Below, piece by piece: positions 1 to 10,158 of a stretch of DNA of 64,000 bases (position 1 is its first letter; each line of letters starts with the position of its first letter). The stretch is from an uncultured Gemmatimonadales bacterium (GTDB taxonomy: Bacteria; Gemmatimonadota; Gemmatimonadetes; Gemmatimonadales; GWC2-71-9), in contig CAVUAK010000001.1 of the NCBI GenBank assembly GCA_963739455.1, positions 736,001-800,000 on the forward strand. Direction: 5' to 3'. Below the pieces are notes generated by a model. The model was not told the origin of the DNA. It did not search any database and saw only the letters and a program-made list of their open reading frames with translations. Both the position numbers and the translations under genes were made by a program.

Positions 1-757
1 TGCGCAACTGGCCCTCGGTGGTCTGCAAGGCGAGCAGTGCCTGGGACACCGCGGTGCGCGCCTGCAGCACATCGGCGATGGTGGCAACGCCGACGTTCCG
101 CCGGTCCTCGGCGGCGGCGAGGTTCACCTTCTGTTCCTCGAGGGTCTTTTCCTGCGCGCCGAGCAGCGCGCGGTATCCGACATACGCGTAGTAGGCCTGC
201 GCCGTGCGCAGCACGACGTCGGCGATGACCGCGTTGTGGGTCCAGTCGGCCGCGAGCAGGGCCTCGCGCGCGGCGCCGATGGTGCCGGCGCGGCCACCCA
301 CGTCGAACAGCAGCCAGCTGAACCCGACGCTGGGGATGTACAGCACCTGCTGCACCGACTGACGGCCCTGGGTGGCGGGGTTCTGCAGCGCCGTGATGCC
401 CATGGAGCCGTTGATCTCGGGGAATGCGGTGCCGCGGGCAGATCCATACGCCGCCGCACGAGCGCGCGCGTTGTCCCAGGCGAGCCGGGTGTCGGGGCTG
501 TTGCGCAGGGCAAGGTCCACGAGGTCCCCCAGCGTGAGCGAATCGCGCCGGACCGCGAACTCGGCGGGCAGCGCCAAGGGGGCCGGGATCGGGGTCCGTT
601 CCGGCGCCCGGGACGGCGGAGTCCAGACCTTTTCGGGCGCCGGCGCCGTCGACTGGGCACCACCGACTCCCGGTGATGCGGGGGCGCACGCGAGCATTGC
701 CGAGAGGGCAAGAAGAGCCGGAAGCGTCGTATGGCGGGCGCTGTGGAGCTGGGGCAC
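1..757 (-). CDS. TolC-family outer membrane efflux lipoprotein (3' part beyond window start)
   Basis: Manual translation from GTG 757: lipobox ..LSAMLAC, then LTLGDLVDLALRNSPDTRLAW..SWLLFDVGGR..DVVLRTAQAYY, typical of OEP/TolC; open to the window edge. Confidence 0.85.
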   Translation of the reverse strand, partial: MPQLHSARHTTLPALLALSAMLACAPASPGVGGAQSTAPAPEKVWTPPSRAPERTPIPAPLALPAEFAVRRDSLTLGDLVDLALRNSPDTRLAWDNARARAAAYGSARGTAFPEINGSMGITALQNPATQGRQSVQQVLYIPSVGFSWLLFDVGGRAGTIGAAREALLAADWTHNAVIADVVLRTAQAYYAYVGYRALLGAQEKTLEEQKVNLAAAEDRRNVGVATIADVLQARTAVSQALLALQTTEGQLR

Positions 758-765
758 GTCGAGTC

Positions 766-786
766 TATTCAGGGCAAGGGTGAATA
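766..786. promoter_or_regulatory. Inverted repeat TATTCA-N9-TGAATA, candidate repressor operator of the efflux gene
   Basis: Perfect 6-bp AT-rich palindrome 9 nt upstream of the TolC start codon. Confidence 0.4.
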
Positions 787-865
787 CAGCACCTCAGTTA
801 TACGCGCGGATGAGGTGGAATGTTGAAGGTAAAGGCGGGGAGGACGCAGAGCGCGGGGAGGTTGG

Positions 866-2270
866 CTACTCCAGCTGCCACTTGTACGCCACCTGGTACT
901 TCGGGGAACGCGCGGTCATCCAGGGCCGGACCTCGACGAGGAGTCGTTCCTCACGCGGGGCCAGGAGCAGGCTGGTGTCCCGCGCCACGCAACGTTCCTG
1001 CACATTGACACAGTCGTAGAGGGCCAGCCCGGTGATGCGGACGGGCTGCCCCGATCGGTTGCGCGCCGAGACGAGCTGACGCCTGGAACCCTTGATCCGC
1101 GCTTCATCAAGTTCGATCGGGCTCCCCATGAGCCGGACGGCGCCGGGAACGCGTGGCGCACCGGTCCAGCCCGCCATGGCCAGCGCGCGTCCCCGGGCCA
1201 GTCCCGGACCCTGCCAGAGGATGGCGCCGCCCGGCGAGGTGACCGCAATGACCACGGCCTCGAGCGCAGCGTACCCGTAGAGGGAGGTGTCAGCGCCCAC
1301 GGACCAGCGGGATTGGCGCCTGCATCCGCCAATGGTCGATGACCCACCGGCCGTCATCGAGCCGAAGGAAGCTGAGTTCACCGCCGCTGCTGGTGCGTGG
1401 CACCCAGCGGCCCAGTCCCGTGTAGCGAAAGACGAGGCTCCTGAGCTGCAACGTGCCTGCATCGAGCCAGACGGCGCCTTCCACGTCAGAGAGTGGTCCC
1501 TGCTCCGCGGGTCGGTAACTCACCCCCACGAGATTGGAGCCGGAGTCGCCGGCCAGGGCCACAAGGCAGTGGGTCTCGAGAAATGCCGGGGCGTAGAGGA
1601 CGTTGAGGTCGGGGCCGTAGTAGACGGGTGCGTCAAGCTGGTCGCGCTGGACGAAGCCGCGCGCAAGCAGCGCCTCGGCAGGCAACGCCTCGACCGGCCA
1701 GCGGGCCTTCATGTTGACCGTGACGACGCTGTCGCTGAGCAGCTGGTCGTCGGCACTGCTCCGGCTGTTCCTGCGGTCGAGCCGGTAGGAGAACGGTTCG
1801 CCGCGGTAGGAGAGGTCGGCAAGGGTGATGGCCTTCCGTGCCTCCTCCCACAGGACCGCAACCCGATCGGTGGCCGTCTGGATTGATTCGCAGCGGTCCG
1901 AGCGGGTAGCGATTTCGGGAAGCCGCACCAGCAGGTCCTCGACGACAAGTCGCAACTGCACCGTGTCACTCGCCGCACCGACGAAGGACTGCGATCGCCA
2001 TGCGCGGAACCCGATGCGGGCCACTTGCACCTGCCTCGTGCCCCCGGGCGAACCGGTCAACATGAAACTGCCACTCGTCGCCGTGATCCCGCGACCGAAC
2101 TCGTGCCCTGTGCTGTCGACCAGCGTCACGAGCGCCCCTGGCACCGGCGCCCCGGTTGCCTCGTACACGAATCCGCGTACGACCTGCGCGCTGGCCGGAT
2201 CAGCGGCGAGCAGGAAGAGAAGCAGGGCGAAGAATGAGATGCGCGTGAGCGCGCGCGCGGCGGAAGTCAT
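866..2270 (-). CDS. Secreted protein with carboxypeptidase regulatory-like N-terminal domain (frameshift near 1297)
   Basis: Signal peptide, AQVVRGFVYEATGAPVPGALVTL..ARIGF; ORF 1290..2270 continues after a +1 base into ..GADTSLYGY.. of ORF 866..1462. Confidence 0.7.
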
Positions 2271-2430
2271 GCGTGAACTGTCAGGCGCGATGTCCTTGGT
2301 GGCAAGGGAGGAACGCCCGGATGCGCCGACGGCGGCCCCGACTGGGAGCCGCCGTCTCGCTTCGCTTCGCCGGCCGCCCGAGCGCGGGCGACCGTCTTCA
2401 CTACGGGTGCAGGTTCACCGGAGTGTCAGT

Positions 2431-2553
2431 TCAGCGGGCACTCTTGTCACCGCCCAGCTGTGCCGGGAGCGGGCGGGCGAGGTATAGGGTCGGGGCTCCG
2501 GGGCCACTCAGGGGAACTGTCCGGGGCGAGCCCTGTGCTGGTGTCTGTTCCAT
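2431..2553 (-). CDS. Putative 40-aa small protein (MEQTPAQGSPRTVPLSGPGAPTLYLARPLPAQLGGDKSAR)
   Basis: GAGGAG SD 7 nt upstream of ATG; ECF-like promoter upstream; GC hairpin at about 2370-2396 downstream. Confidence 0.5.
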   Translation of the reverse strand: MEQTPAQGSPRTVPLSGPGAPTLYLARPLPAQLGGDKSAR

Positions 2554-2618
2554 CGTTCTGCTCCTCAGGTTCTCGTTACTGGCGGCCGGAATGACGTGTC
2601 GCCCGGCCTTCACAACCT

Positions 2619-2646
2619 TGGATGCATCCCGGCGGGGAATGGTTGC
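2619..2646 (-). promoter_or_regulatory. Putative ECF sigma promoter (divergent copy) GCAACC-N18-TCCA
   Basis: Same spacing and near-identical elements as the copies at 2659 and 6287. Confidence 0.5.
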
Positions 2647-2658
2647 GTAGGGTGGCGC

Positions 2659-2686
2659 GCAACCCTTTCCAGGCAGGCTGTGTCTA
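2659..2686 (+). promoter_or_regulatory. Putative autoregulated ECF sigma promoter GCAACCCTTTCC-N12-TCTA
   Basis: Upstream of the ECF sigma gene; motif repeated exactly at 6287-6314. Confidence 0.7.
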
Positions 2687-2726
2687 CGTGCTGTCCCACG
2701 GATCGAATCCAGCGCCCCGGAGCCAG

Positions 2727-3275
2727 GTGGACGACCAGCAACTGATCGGGCGTATCCAGGCCGGGGACCCGGCAGCGGAGCGTCAGTTCTTCGAGACCCA
2801 CGCGGACCGGATCCACCGGATCGTCTACCGATTCGTCGGCGACCCGGAGGCCGCCCAGGACTGCGTGCAGGAGACGTTCATCCGCGCATTCGACCGCCTG
2901 GGGACGTTCCGGGGTGAGTCGGCCCTGGGGACCTGGCTCGGCTCGATCGCCGTATCGGTGGCGCTGAACACCTTGAGGGGACGAAAGCGGGACGAGAAGC
3001 GACACGCCCCGTGGGAAGCCGCCGAGGCGGTGGCAGCACCGCCCGCCCGGATCAGCGACCCGGACTTGAAGGCGCGGCTGCACGCCGAGATCGACCAGCT
3101 GCCGGAGGGTTACCGGATGGTGTTCCTGCTGCATGACGTGGAGGGCTATACGCACGAGGAGATCGGCACGATGCTCGGCGTGCAGTCGGGAACATCGAAG
3201 GCCCAGTTGTTCCGGGCCCGGGCGCGCCTCAGGGACCGGCTCGCCGATTTCGCACCGGAGGTAAGCGGCACATGA
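2727..3275 (+). CDS. ECF (sigma-70 group 4) RNA polymerase sigma factor
   Basis: AQDCVQETFIRAF, FRGESALGTWL, LHDVEGYTHEEIG..SKAQLFRAR; GTG start after GGAG. Confidence 0.95.
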   Translation: MDDQQLIGRIQAGDPAAERQFFETHADRIHRIVYRFVGDPEAAQDCVQETFIRAFDRLGTFRGESALGTWLGSIAVSVALNTLRGRKRDEKRHAPWEAAEAVAAPPARISDPDLKARLHAEIDQLPEGYRMVFLLHDVEGYTHEEIGTMLGVQSGTSKAQLFRARARLRDRLADFAPEVSGT

Positions 3276-3949
3276 ACGACGAAAACGACGAGACCCCGCT
3301 GGACCCGCAGGTTGTCGAGATGGCGAAGGGCTACAACGCGCCGCCGACACTCAATCGAGATGCCGCGTGGAAGGCGATCGCGGCGAGTCGGCAGTTGGCA
3401 GTCGGCAGTCGACAGGCAGTCGACAGTCGGCAGGCGAGTGGCCGGCGGCGCTCGAGGGGTGGCCGGATGCCGGTGCTCAGCACGCGGGCGGCAGCGTGGA
3501 TTTCAGGAATCGCGGCATTGCTCGTACTCGGCATTGGCATCGGGCGGATGACTGCACCAACCGTCGAGACGGTGGCGACGGCGCCGGTGACCAAGGCGCC
3601 GTCGGTGGCGCTCGAGGTGGCGGCGGCGCAGCACCTGAGCCAGTCGGAGGCGTACCTCACGCTGTTCCGCGCGTCGGTGCGCGACGGACAGGTGGACAGC
3701 CTCCCGGTTGCCGCCGCGCGTGAGCTGCTCGCGACCAACCGCCTCCTGCTCGACTCGCGCATCGCCGATGCTCGACTGCGCCCGCTCCTGCTCGACCTCG
3801 AGCTCGTGCTCGCCGAGATCACCCAGCTCGGCACGAGCGGGCGACAGGCTGATGTCAAGCTGATTACCGACGGCCTCGACCAGGGCGACGTGATGATGCG
3901 CCTGCGTGTCGCCCCGGGCCGCCGCACTCTTCCCAACGGAGTTCTCTAG
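3272..3949 (+). CDS. Single-pass membrane protein, probable anti-sigma factor
   Basis: ATGA overlap with the sigma stop; one TM helix (AAWISGIAALLVLGIGIG); helical C-terminal domain. Confidence 0.7.
   Translation: MNDENDETPLDPQVVEMAKGYNAPPTLNRDAAWKAIAASRQLAVGSRQAVDSRQASGRRRSRGGRMPVLSTRAAAWISGIAALLVLGIGIGRMTAPTVETVATAPVTKAPSVALEVAAAQHLSQSEAYLTLFRASVRDGQVDSLPVAAARELLATNRLLLDSRIADARLRPLLLDLELVLAEITQLGTSGRQADVKLITDGLDQGDVMMRLRVAPGRRTLPNGVL
3386..3433 (+). repeat. AGTCGGC-type heptamer array (in-frame in anti-sigma gene)
   Basis: AGTCGGC AGTTGGC AGTCGGC AGTCGAC AGGC AGTCGAC AGTCGGC. Confidence 0.85.
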
Positions 3950-5515
3950 ATGCGTCACCTCTTGGGTCTCATGTTCGTTGTTTCCACCCAAGCCGCCGCA
4001 CAACTGTCGCCGGCACCGAGCATCGCGCCCGCGGCGCGGGCCGCATACCAGTCGTCGCTGACGCTGGTTCCGACGGCGGCGCCGTCCATCCCGCGGAGCG
4101 AGTCGCACCAGGGCGATCCCGCCGACTCGCTCTACAAGGCGGGGCGGAACGCGCTGAACAAGAACCAGTACAAGACCGCGGCCGATCTCTTCCGCCAGGT
4201 GCGGTCGCGATATCCCAAGTCGGCATACGTGCCGGACACCTACTACTTCGAGGCGTTCGCGCTGTACCGCACGGGGAGCAATGCCGACCTGCGCCAGGCG
4301 GGCAGCCTGCTGGAGACGCAGGCAAGCAAGTACCCGAAGGCCGCCACGGCGGGTGACGCGCGCGGGTTGATGTCGCGGATTGATGCGCAGCTGGCACAGA
4401 AGGGCGATGCGCAGGCGGCCGAGCGGATGTCGACGACCGCGTCGTCCGCGGCTGCCCCGCGCTCGGCATCGACTTCGGCGGGTGGGCCAATGCCGCCGAT
4501 GGGCCCCATGACAGCGCCCCCGATGGCCCCAATGGCCCCGATGGCGCCGATGGCCTCGGCGGACAGCAGGCGGCCACGGGCGCCGTCTGAGCCGCGCGCT
4601 CCCCGCGCGCCGCGGAGCCGAGGCGATGACTGCGGCGACGAAGACGATGACGTACAGATGGCAGCGCTCAACGGGTTGATGCAGATGGATCCGGCGAAGG
4701 CGACGCCGATCCTGCAGAAGGTGCTGGCCCGGCGCGACTCCGGCTCGGTGTGCCTGCGCCGCAAGGCGGTGTTCCTGATCGCGCAGCAGGACAATGCCAA
4801 CGCGGAGAGCATACTGCTCAGCGTGGCGCGTAACGATCCCGATCCGGAGGTGCGTTCGCAGGCGGTGTTCTGGCTGTCGCAGGTGAACAGCCCGACTGCC
4901 GTCGCGGCACTCGACTCGATCTTGCGGTCGTCGAAGGACCCGGAACTGCAGGAGAAGGCATTGTTCGCACTGTCACAGCAGGACTCGCCGAAGGCGAAGC
5001 AGCTCCTGCGGGCGTATGCCGACCAGGAGAGTGCGCCGGAGGAGTTGCGGGAAAAGGCCGTGTTCTGGCTGGGACAGGAGGGCGACACGTCGAGTATCAC
5101 CTTCCTGCGCACGCTGTATGGGCGAACCACGAACGCCGAGCTGAAGGAGAAGATTCTCTTCGCGGTGTCGCAGTCGAACACGACGGGAGCCCAGGCATGG
5201 CTGCTGGATGTGGCGCAGAACCCGAGGGAGTCGATGGAGGCACGGAAGCAGGCACTGTTCTGGGCGGCGCAGAACGGGGCGAGCATCGCGAGCCTGAGCA
5301 AGCTCTATGGACAGCTGCAGGAGACGGAACTCAAGGAACAGCTGATCTTCGTGCTCGGGCAGAGCAACGACCCCGCAGCAGTGACGAAGCTGCTCGACAT
5401 CGCGAAGAATGACCCCGACAGGGAACTCCGGAAGAAGGCGATCTTCTGGCTGGGCCAGTCGAACGATCCGCGCGCGGCGCAGGCGCTGGAGTCGATACTG
5501 ACGGGGGGCAAGTGA
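3950..5515 (+). CDS. Secreted TPR/BamD-like plus HEAT-repeat protein
   Basis: Signal peptide; ADSLYKAGR..RYPKSAYVPDTYYF; Pro/Met-rich linker; repeated R/K-x-A-V/I/L-F-W/A-L-G/S-Q units. Confidence 0.85.
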   Translation: MRHLLGLMFVVSTQAAAQLSPAPSIAPAARAAYQSSLTLVPTAAPSIPRSESHQGDPADSLYKAGRNALNKNQYKTAADLFRQVRSRYPKSAYVPDTYYFEAFALYRTGSNADLRQAGSLLETQASKYPKAATAGDARGLMSRIDAQLAQKGDAQAAERMSTTASSAAAPRSASTSAGGPMPPMGPMTAPPMAPMAPMAPMASADSRRPRAPSEPRAPRAPRSRGDDCGDEDDDVQMAALNGLMQMDPAKATPILQKVLARRDSGSVCLRRKAVFLIAQQDNANAESILLSVARNDPDPEVRSQAVFWLSQVNSPTAVAALDSILRSSKDPELQEKALFALSQQDSPKAKQLLRAYADQESAPEELREKAVFWLGQEGDTSSITFLRTLYGRTTNAELKEKILFAVSQSNTTGAQAWLLDVAQNPRESMEARKQALFWAAQNGASIASLSKLYGQLQETELKEQLIFVLGQSNDPAAVTKLLDIAKNDPDRELRKKAIFWLGQSNDPRAAQALESILTGGK

Positions 5516-6282
5516 GGGCGGGTAAGGCGGGTGGGGCCACGATGCTGCTCCTGCTGTTCCCCGGAATCGTTGCGGCGCAGAGCCTCGAGTCGCGAGTGTA
5601 TGCGAGGCAGGATGCGGTGGTGCGCATCAGTTACGCGAGCCGTCCCGGTGTGTGCGGCAGTGGTGAGGGGAACATCAACGTCAGCGACGGTGACGATGAG
5701 CGTGACGGGTGGACCTCCGACTGCGAACGTGGACCGGTGCGGGTGGCAATCACGGTGAGCCAGGGCAGCGTCACCAGGATCAGTACCCGGGTGGGTGGTC
5801 GCTGGCTTCCGAAAGCCGGGGTGACAGACCTGGGCACAGTGTCGGCGCCGGCGGCGTCGCAACTCATGCTGGCCATTGCCCGTAAGGGCGGCAAGGCAGG
5901 CGAGGACGCGATCATGCCGGCGATACTGGCGGACAGCGTGCAGGTCTGGCCTGACCTCATCAAGATTGCGAAGAACCCGAATGTGAGCACCGACGTCCGG
6001 AAGTCGGCGGTGTTCTGGGTTGGGCAGGCGGCCGCGACCGCGGCCACTGCGGGGCTGGTGGAGGTGGTGGGTGACGAGGCGGTGAACCGCGACGTGCGGG
6101 AGTCGGCGGTGTTCGCGCTGTCGCAGCGGCCGAATGGTGAAGGGGTCCCGGCACTGCTCGCGACGGCCCGAACCGACAAGGATGGGAAGATCCGGAAGAG
6201 CGCGATCTTCTGGCTGGGCCAGTCGGAGGATCCGAGGGCGCTGGCGTACTTCGAGGAAGTGCTGACGATGGGATCCAGGTAG
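5512..6282 (+). CDS. Secreted HEAT-repeat protein
   Basis: GTGA overlap; RKSAVFWVGQ, RESAVFALSQ, RKSAIFWLGQSEDPRA repeats. Confidence 0.85.
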   Translation: MRAGKAGGATMLLLLFPGIVAAQSLESRVYARQDAVVRISYASRPGVCGSGEGNINVSDGDDERDGWTSDCERGPVRVAITVSQGSVTRISTRVGGRWLPKAGVTDLGTVSAPAASQLMLAIARKGGKAGEDAIMPAILADSVQVWPDLIKIAKNPNVSTDVRKSAVFWVGQAAATAATAGLVEVVGDEAVNRDVRESAVFALSQRPNGEGVPALLATARTDKDGKIRKSAIFWLGQSEDPRALAYFEEVLTMGSR

Positions 6283-6286
6283 GACG

Positions 6287-6314
6287 GCAACCCTTTCCCG
6301 GTGGCCGCCATCTA
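6287..6314 (+). promoter_or_regulatory. Putative ECF sigma promoter GCAACCCTTTCC-N12-TCTA
   Basis: Identical elements and spacing to 2659-2686. Confidence 0.7.
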
Positions 6315-6352
6315 AGCGGCACACCTCCAATGGGATGCCGGGACCGACCTGA

Positions 6353-9018
6353 ATGCTGTTTGCACTGCTCCTGCAGGTGGCACTTGTCGCGTCGCCAGCG
6401 GCGCCAGGGGGCGATGCACCACCCGATTCGGTGGCACTCGCCGCTGCGCGTAACGTGCATGCCGTGCGTACCATGGAACCGGTGCGCGTCGACGGCATCC
6501 TCGACGACAGCGTCTGGGCCCTGGCCACACCGGTATCGGCGTTTGTGCAGCGGGAACCCAAGGAAGGCGCGCCGGCCACGGAGCGCACCGACGTGCGCGT
6601 GGTGTTCGACAACGGCGCGATCTACATCGGCGCCGAGATGTTCGACGCGGCACCCGACTCGATCGTGACGCAGCTGGCGCGGCGGGACAACTGGGTGAGC
6701 GCCGACCGCTTCTACGTGTTCCTCGATCCCTACCGCGACAAGCAGACGGGCTTCTACTTCGCGCTGAATGCATCCGGCGTGCAGTACGACGGCACGCTCA
6801 TGAACGACGACTGGGACGACAACACCTGGGACGGGGTGTGGCAGGGGGCGGTGCACCGCACCGCTACCGGATGGACAGCGGAGATGCGCATTCCCTACTC
6901 GCAGCTCCGGTTCAAGCCGGGCGCTGACCAGCTGTGGGGCATCAACTTCGAGCGGGATATCGCCCGGAGGAACGAGCGGGACTACCTGACCTTCACGCCA
7001 AGCAACGCCAGCGGTTTCGTGTCGCGCTTTCCGGAGCTGCAGGGAATGGCGCAGCTCGACCCGCCGCGTCGGCTCGAGCTGCTGCCCTATGCCACGGCAC
7101 GGGCAGAGTACGTCTCGCACGATCCCGGGCGATCCCTACAACGACGGCTCGGTGTACGGCATGGGTGTCGGCGGCGACTTCCGTGTCGGGCTGGGCTCCA
7201 GCATCACCGTCAACGGCACCATCAATCCCGATTTCGGCCAGGTGGAAGTGGACCCCGCGGTGGTGAACCTGACCGACGTCGAGGTCTTCTTCCCGGAGCG
7301 GCGGCCCTTCTTCGTGGAGGGCGCCAATACCTTCGAGTTCGGCCAGGGGCGGCTCGAACAACTACTGGGGCTTCAACTGGGCATCGCACGACTTCCTGTA
7401 CACACGGCGCATCGGACGCACGCCAAGCGGTGCGACGCCGGAGGACGCGTCATACGTGGACTCGCCGGCGGGAACGCAGATCCTGGGGGCGATCAAGCTG
7501 TCGGGAAAGCTGGGTGGCTGGAATGTGGGCGCGCTCTCGTCGCTCACTCGACGCATGTTCGCCGACTACCAGATCGAAGGCGTGCCGGGGAGCGTGGAAA
7601 CCGAGCCCACGACGAGCTGGAATGCGATCCGGGTGCAGAAGGAAATCGGTGGCGGCCGCCAGGGCATCGGCGTCATCTCCACCATCACCCAGCGGTTCTT
7701 CAACGAGTCGGGGCTGCCGGCGCAGATGAATCGCGGCGCCTACACGCTGGGCGTGGATGGCTGGAGCTTCCTCGACCGGGAGAAGGTGTGGGTGCTGACG
7801 GGTTGGGCAGGTGGCAGCCTGGTGACAGGCACTACGCAGCGGATGACGGACCTGCAGCAGAGCAGCACGCACTATTTCCAGCGCCCTGACCAGGACTACC
7901 TGCACGTGGACTCGAATGCCACGAGCCTCAGTGGCTTTGCCGGACGACTGCTGGTGAACAAGCAGAAGGGCCCGGTACAGTTCAACGCCTCGCTCGGCGC
8001 ACTCAACCCCGGCTTCGAGTTGAATGACCTGGGCTTTGCGCAGCGTACCGACCACATCAACAGTCATGTGCTCACCGGCTATCGCTGGACCAAGCCGACG
8101 CGCCTGTACCGGCGGATCAACTACAACATCGCGGTGTTCGGCACGTGGGACTTCGGCCTCAACAACACCGGCGCGGGGCTGTTCACCAACGTCAACATCC
8201 AATGGAGCAACTTCTGGTGGAGCTGGTTCCGGGTGAACGTGAACCCGCAGACGCTCAACATCCGCAACACGCGGGGTGGCCCGATGATGCTCAACACCGC
8301 CGGTTTCAACATGGGCGGTGGCTTCGAGAGCGACGGCCGCAGGTCGGTGACGTACGGCCTCGACTGGTTCATGAACCGGTACCGGCAGGGCGCGGACAAC
8401 AGCTGGGGGGTGGACCCGTGGGTCGAGTGGCGCCCGATGCACCAGCTCCAGGTTCGGGTGGGCCCGAGCCTGAGCCGTAACCTGGACGGGGCGCAGTATG
8501 TCGGCACGTGGGCGGACCCGACTGCCACCGCGACCTACGGGAACCGGTATGTGTTCGGCGAGCTGGACCAATGGACGCTCTCGGGCAACTTCCGGGTGAA
8601 CTGGATCTTCACCCCGAAGCTGAGCCTCGAGCTGTTCATGCAGCCGTTTGTCTCCACCGGCAACTACCGGGTGATCAAGGAACTCGCCGCGCCGCGCACC
8701 TTCGACTTCAACGTGTATGGCGAGAACGGCTCGACCTACGATCCCTCGACGGGGATCGCGTATCCCGACGGGCCAGATGGGCCGGCGGCACCGATCGATG
8801 TGGGCAATCCCGACTTCTCCATCGGCTCCCTCCGTGGCAACGCCGTGTTGCGCTGGGAATGGCATCCGGGATCGACGGTGTTCCTCGTGTGGCAGCACAA
8901 TCGCAGCAACAGCGACGGCAACTCCGACTTCGATCCGGGGCAGTCGTTCGACAACCTCCTGCAGGCGCCCGCCGACAATGTGCTGCTGGTGAAGTTCACG
9001 TGGTGGCTGAATCCGTAG
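6353..9018 (+). CDS. CBM9-like plus DUF5916-type outer membrane protein (frameshifts near 7125 and 7348)
   Basis: VRVDGILDDSVW..GWTAEMRIPYSQLRF; TINPDFGQVEVDPAVVNLT..FFPERRPFFVEG; C-terminal LLVKFTWW; three ORFs join after removing two +1 bases. Confidence 0.85.
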
Positions 9019-9021
9019 GGG

Positions 9022-9056
9022 AGTCGGCAGTCGTGAGTCGTGAGTCGTGAGTCGCT
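9022..9056 (+). repeat. Heptamer array AGTCGGC (AGTCGTG)3 AGTCGCT, intergenic
   Basis: Direct reading. Confidence 0.85.
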
Positions 9057-9075
9057 GGGTTAGATTCTCCCGCCC

Positions 9076-10158
9076 ATGATGCGTCCGTCCATCCCTGCCC
9101 TCGCCGGGCTGTCCGCCCTCCTGATCACTGCCTGCGGCCCTGGTCCCGCGCCGGTGCCCCAGCTGTCCCTGGTGCCGGGGAGCGATTCCATTGTCGCGCC
9201 GTTCGCCGAGGCGACCGATGCGGCGTGGCTGGGCAGTGATCGCTGGGCGGTCCTGCTGCCAGGGGGGCCCGAGGCGGGCATCGTGGACTTCGCGAGCCAT
9301 TCCCAGACCAGGCTCGGCACCAAGACCACGCTGGAGAGTCCCTTCAGCCTGTTTCGGGTGGGCGACACGCTGTATGCCGGCGATCCGCTCAAGCGCCGCC
9401 TGACACTCTGGACCCTGGACGGGGGTTTTGCGCGGGACGAGCCGGCGTCCGACCTGGTGCGGGGAGCACTCCCGCGGGCACGGGACGGTTCCGGCCATTT
9501 CTTCACCGAACTCCGGCCAGCGCCTGGTTCGGATGGGAGCGGCAATCGCGACTCGGCGGTGGTGGTTGAGCTTACCGGAACCGGGGTGGATACGGTGGCG
9601 CGACTGGCACCCATCGACCTGGCCAAGGTGGCGAGCCCGACCGGCGAGCGTTTCGAGCGCCGCGTGTTCAGCGGCGTTGATCGCTGGGGCGTGTATCCCG
9701 ACGGGACGGTGTGGCTGGCGCGGGTCTATCACAATCGCGTGGATTTCCGTCGCCCTGACGGGAAGACCGTCAAGGGTGAGCCGCTGCCGGACCGGGTGCT
9801 CGAGGTAACCCGCGCTGATCGTGAGGCCTTCGTGCGCAAGTTCCCCGAGGAGCTGCGAGGCACCGCCGAACAACTGCCGTTCTCGCCGATCAAGGCGGCG
9901 TTCACCAGCGCCTTTGCCGATGCCGACGGGCGGATATGGCTCGAGGGCAGCCGCGCGGTGGACGATTCAATCCAGCGATACAACGTGGTAGGCCGCGATG
10001 GCCACCTGCAGTTCGTGGCCCTGCTGCCAGGCAGCGGGCGCGCGCTGGCCGCATCTGCAACCCAGGTGCTGGTTGCTGACCGGATAACCGGGGGCATTCG
10101 CCTGCGACTCGCACCAATACCCGCACTTCCAACGACCACTTCCGATACTACCAAGTGA
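9076..10158 (+). CDS. Lipoprotein, probable beta-propeller
   Basis: Lipobox LITAC; DGTVWLAR and DADGRIWLE blade-like motifs. Confidence 0.7.
   Translation: MMRPSIPALAGLSALLITACGPGPAPVPQLSLVPGSDSIVAPFAEATDAAWLGSDRWAVLLPGGPEAGIVDFASHSQTRLGTKTTLESPFSLFRVGDTLYAGDPLKRRLTLWTLDGGFARDEPASDLVRGALPRARDGSGHFFTELRPAPGSDGSGNRDSAVVVELTGTGVDTVARLAPIDLAKVASPTGERFERRVFSGVDRWGVYPDGTVWLARVYHNRVDFRRPDGKTVKGEPLPDRVLEVTRADREAFVRKFPEELRGTAEQLPFSPIKAAFTSAFADADGRIWLEGSRAVDDSIQRYNVVGRDGHLQFVALLPGSGRALAASATQVLVADRITGGIRLRLAPIPALPTTTSDTTK

Noticed and set aside
4489..4556. 9-nt CCGATGGCC-type tandem repeats
   Set aside because: Explained by the Pro-Met-Ala low-complexity linker in the HEAT protein
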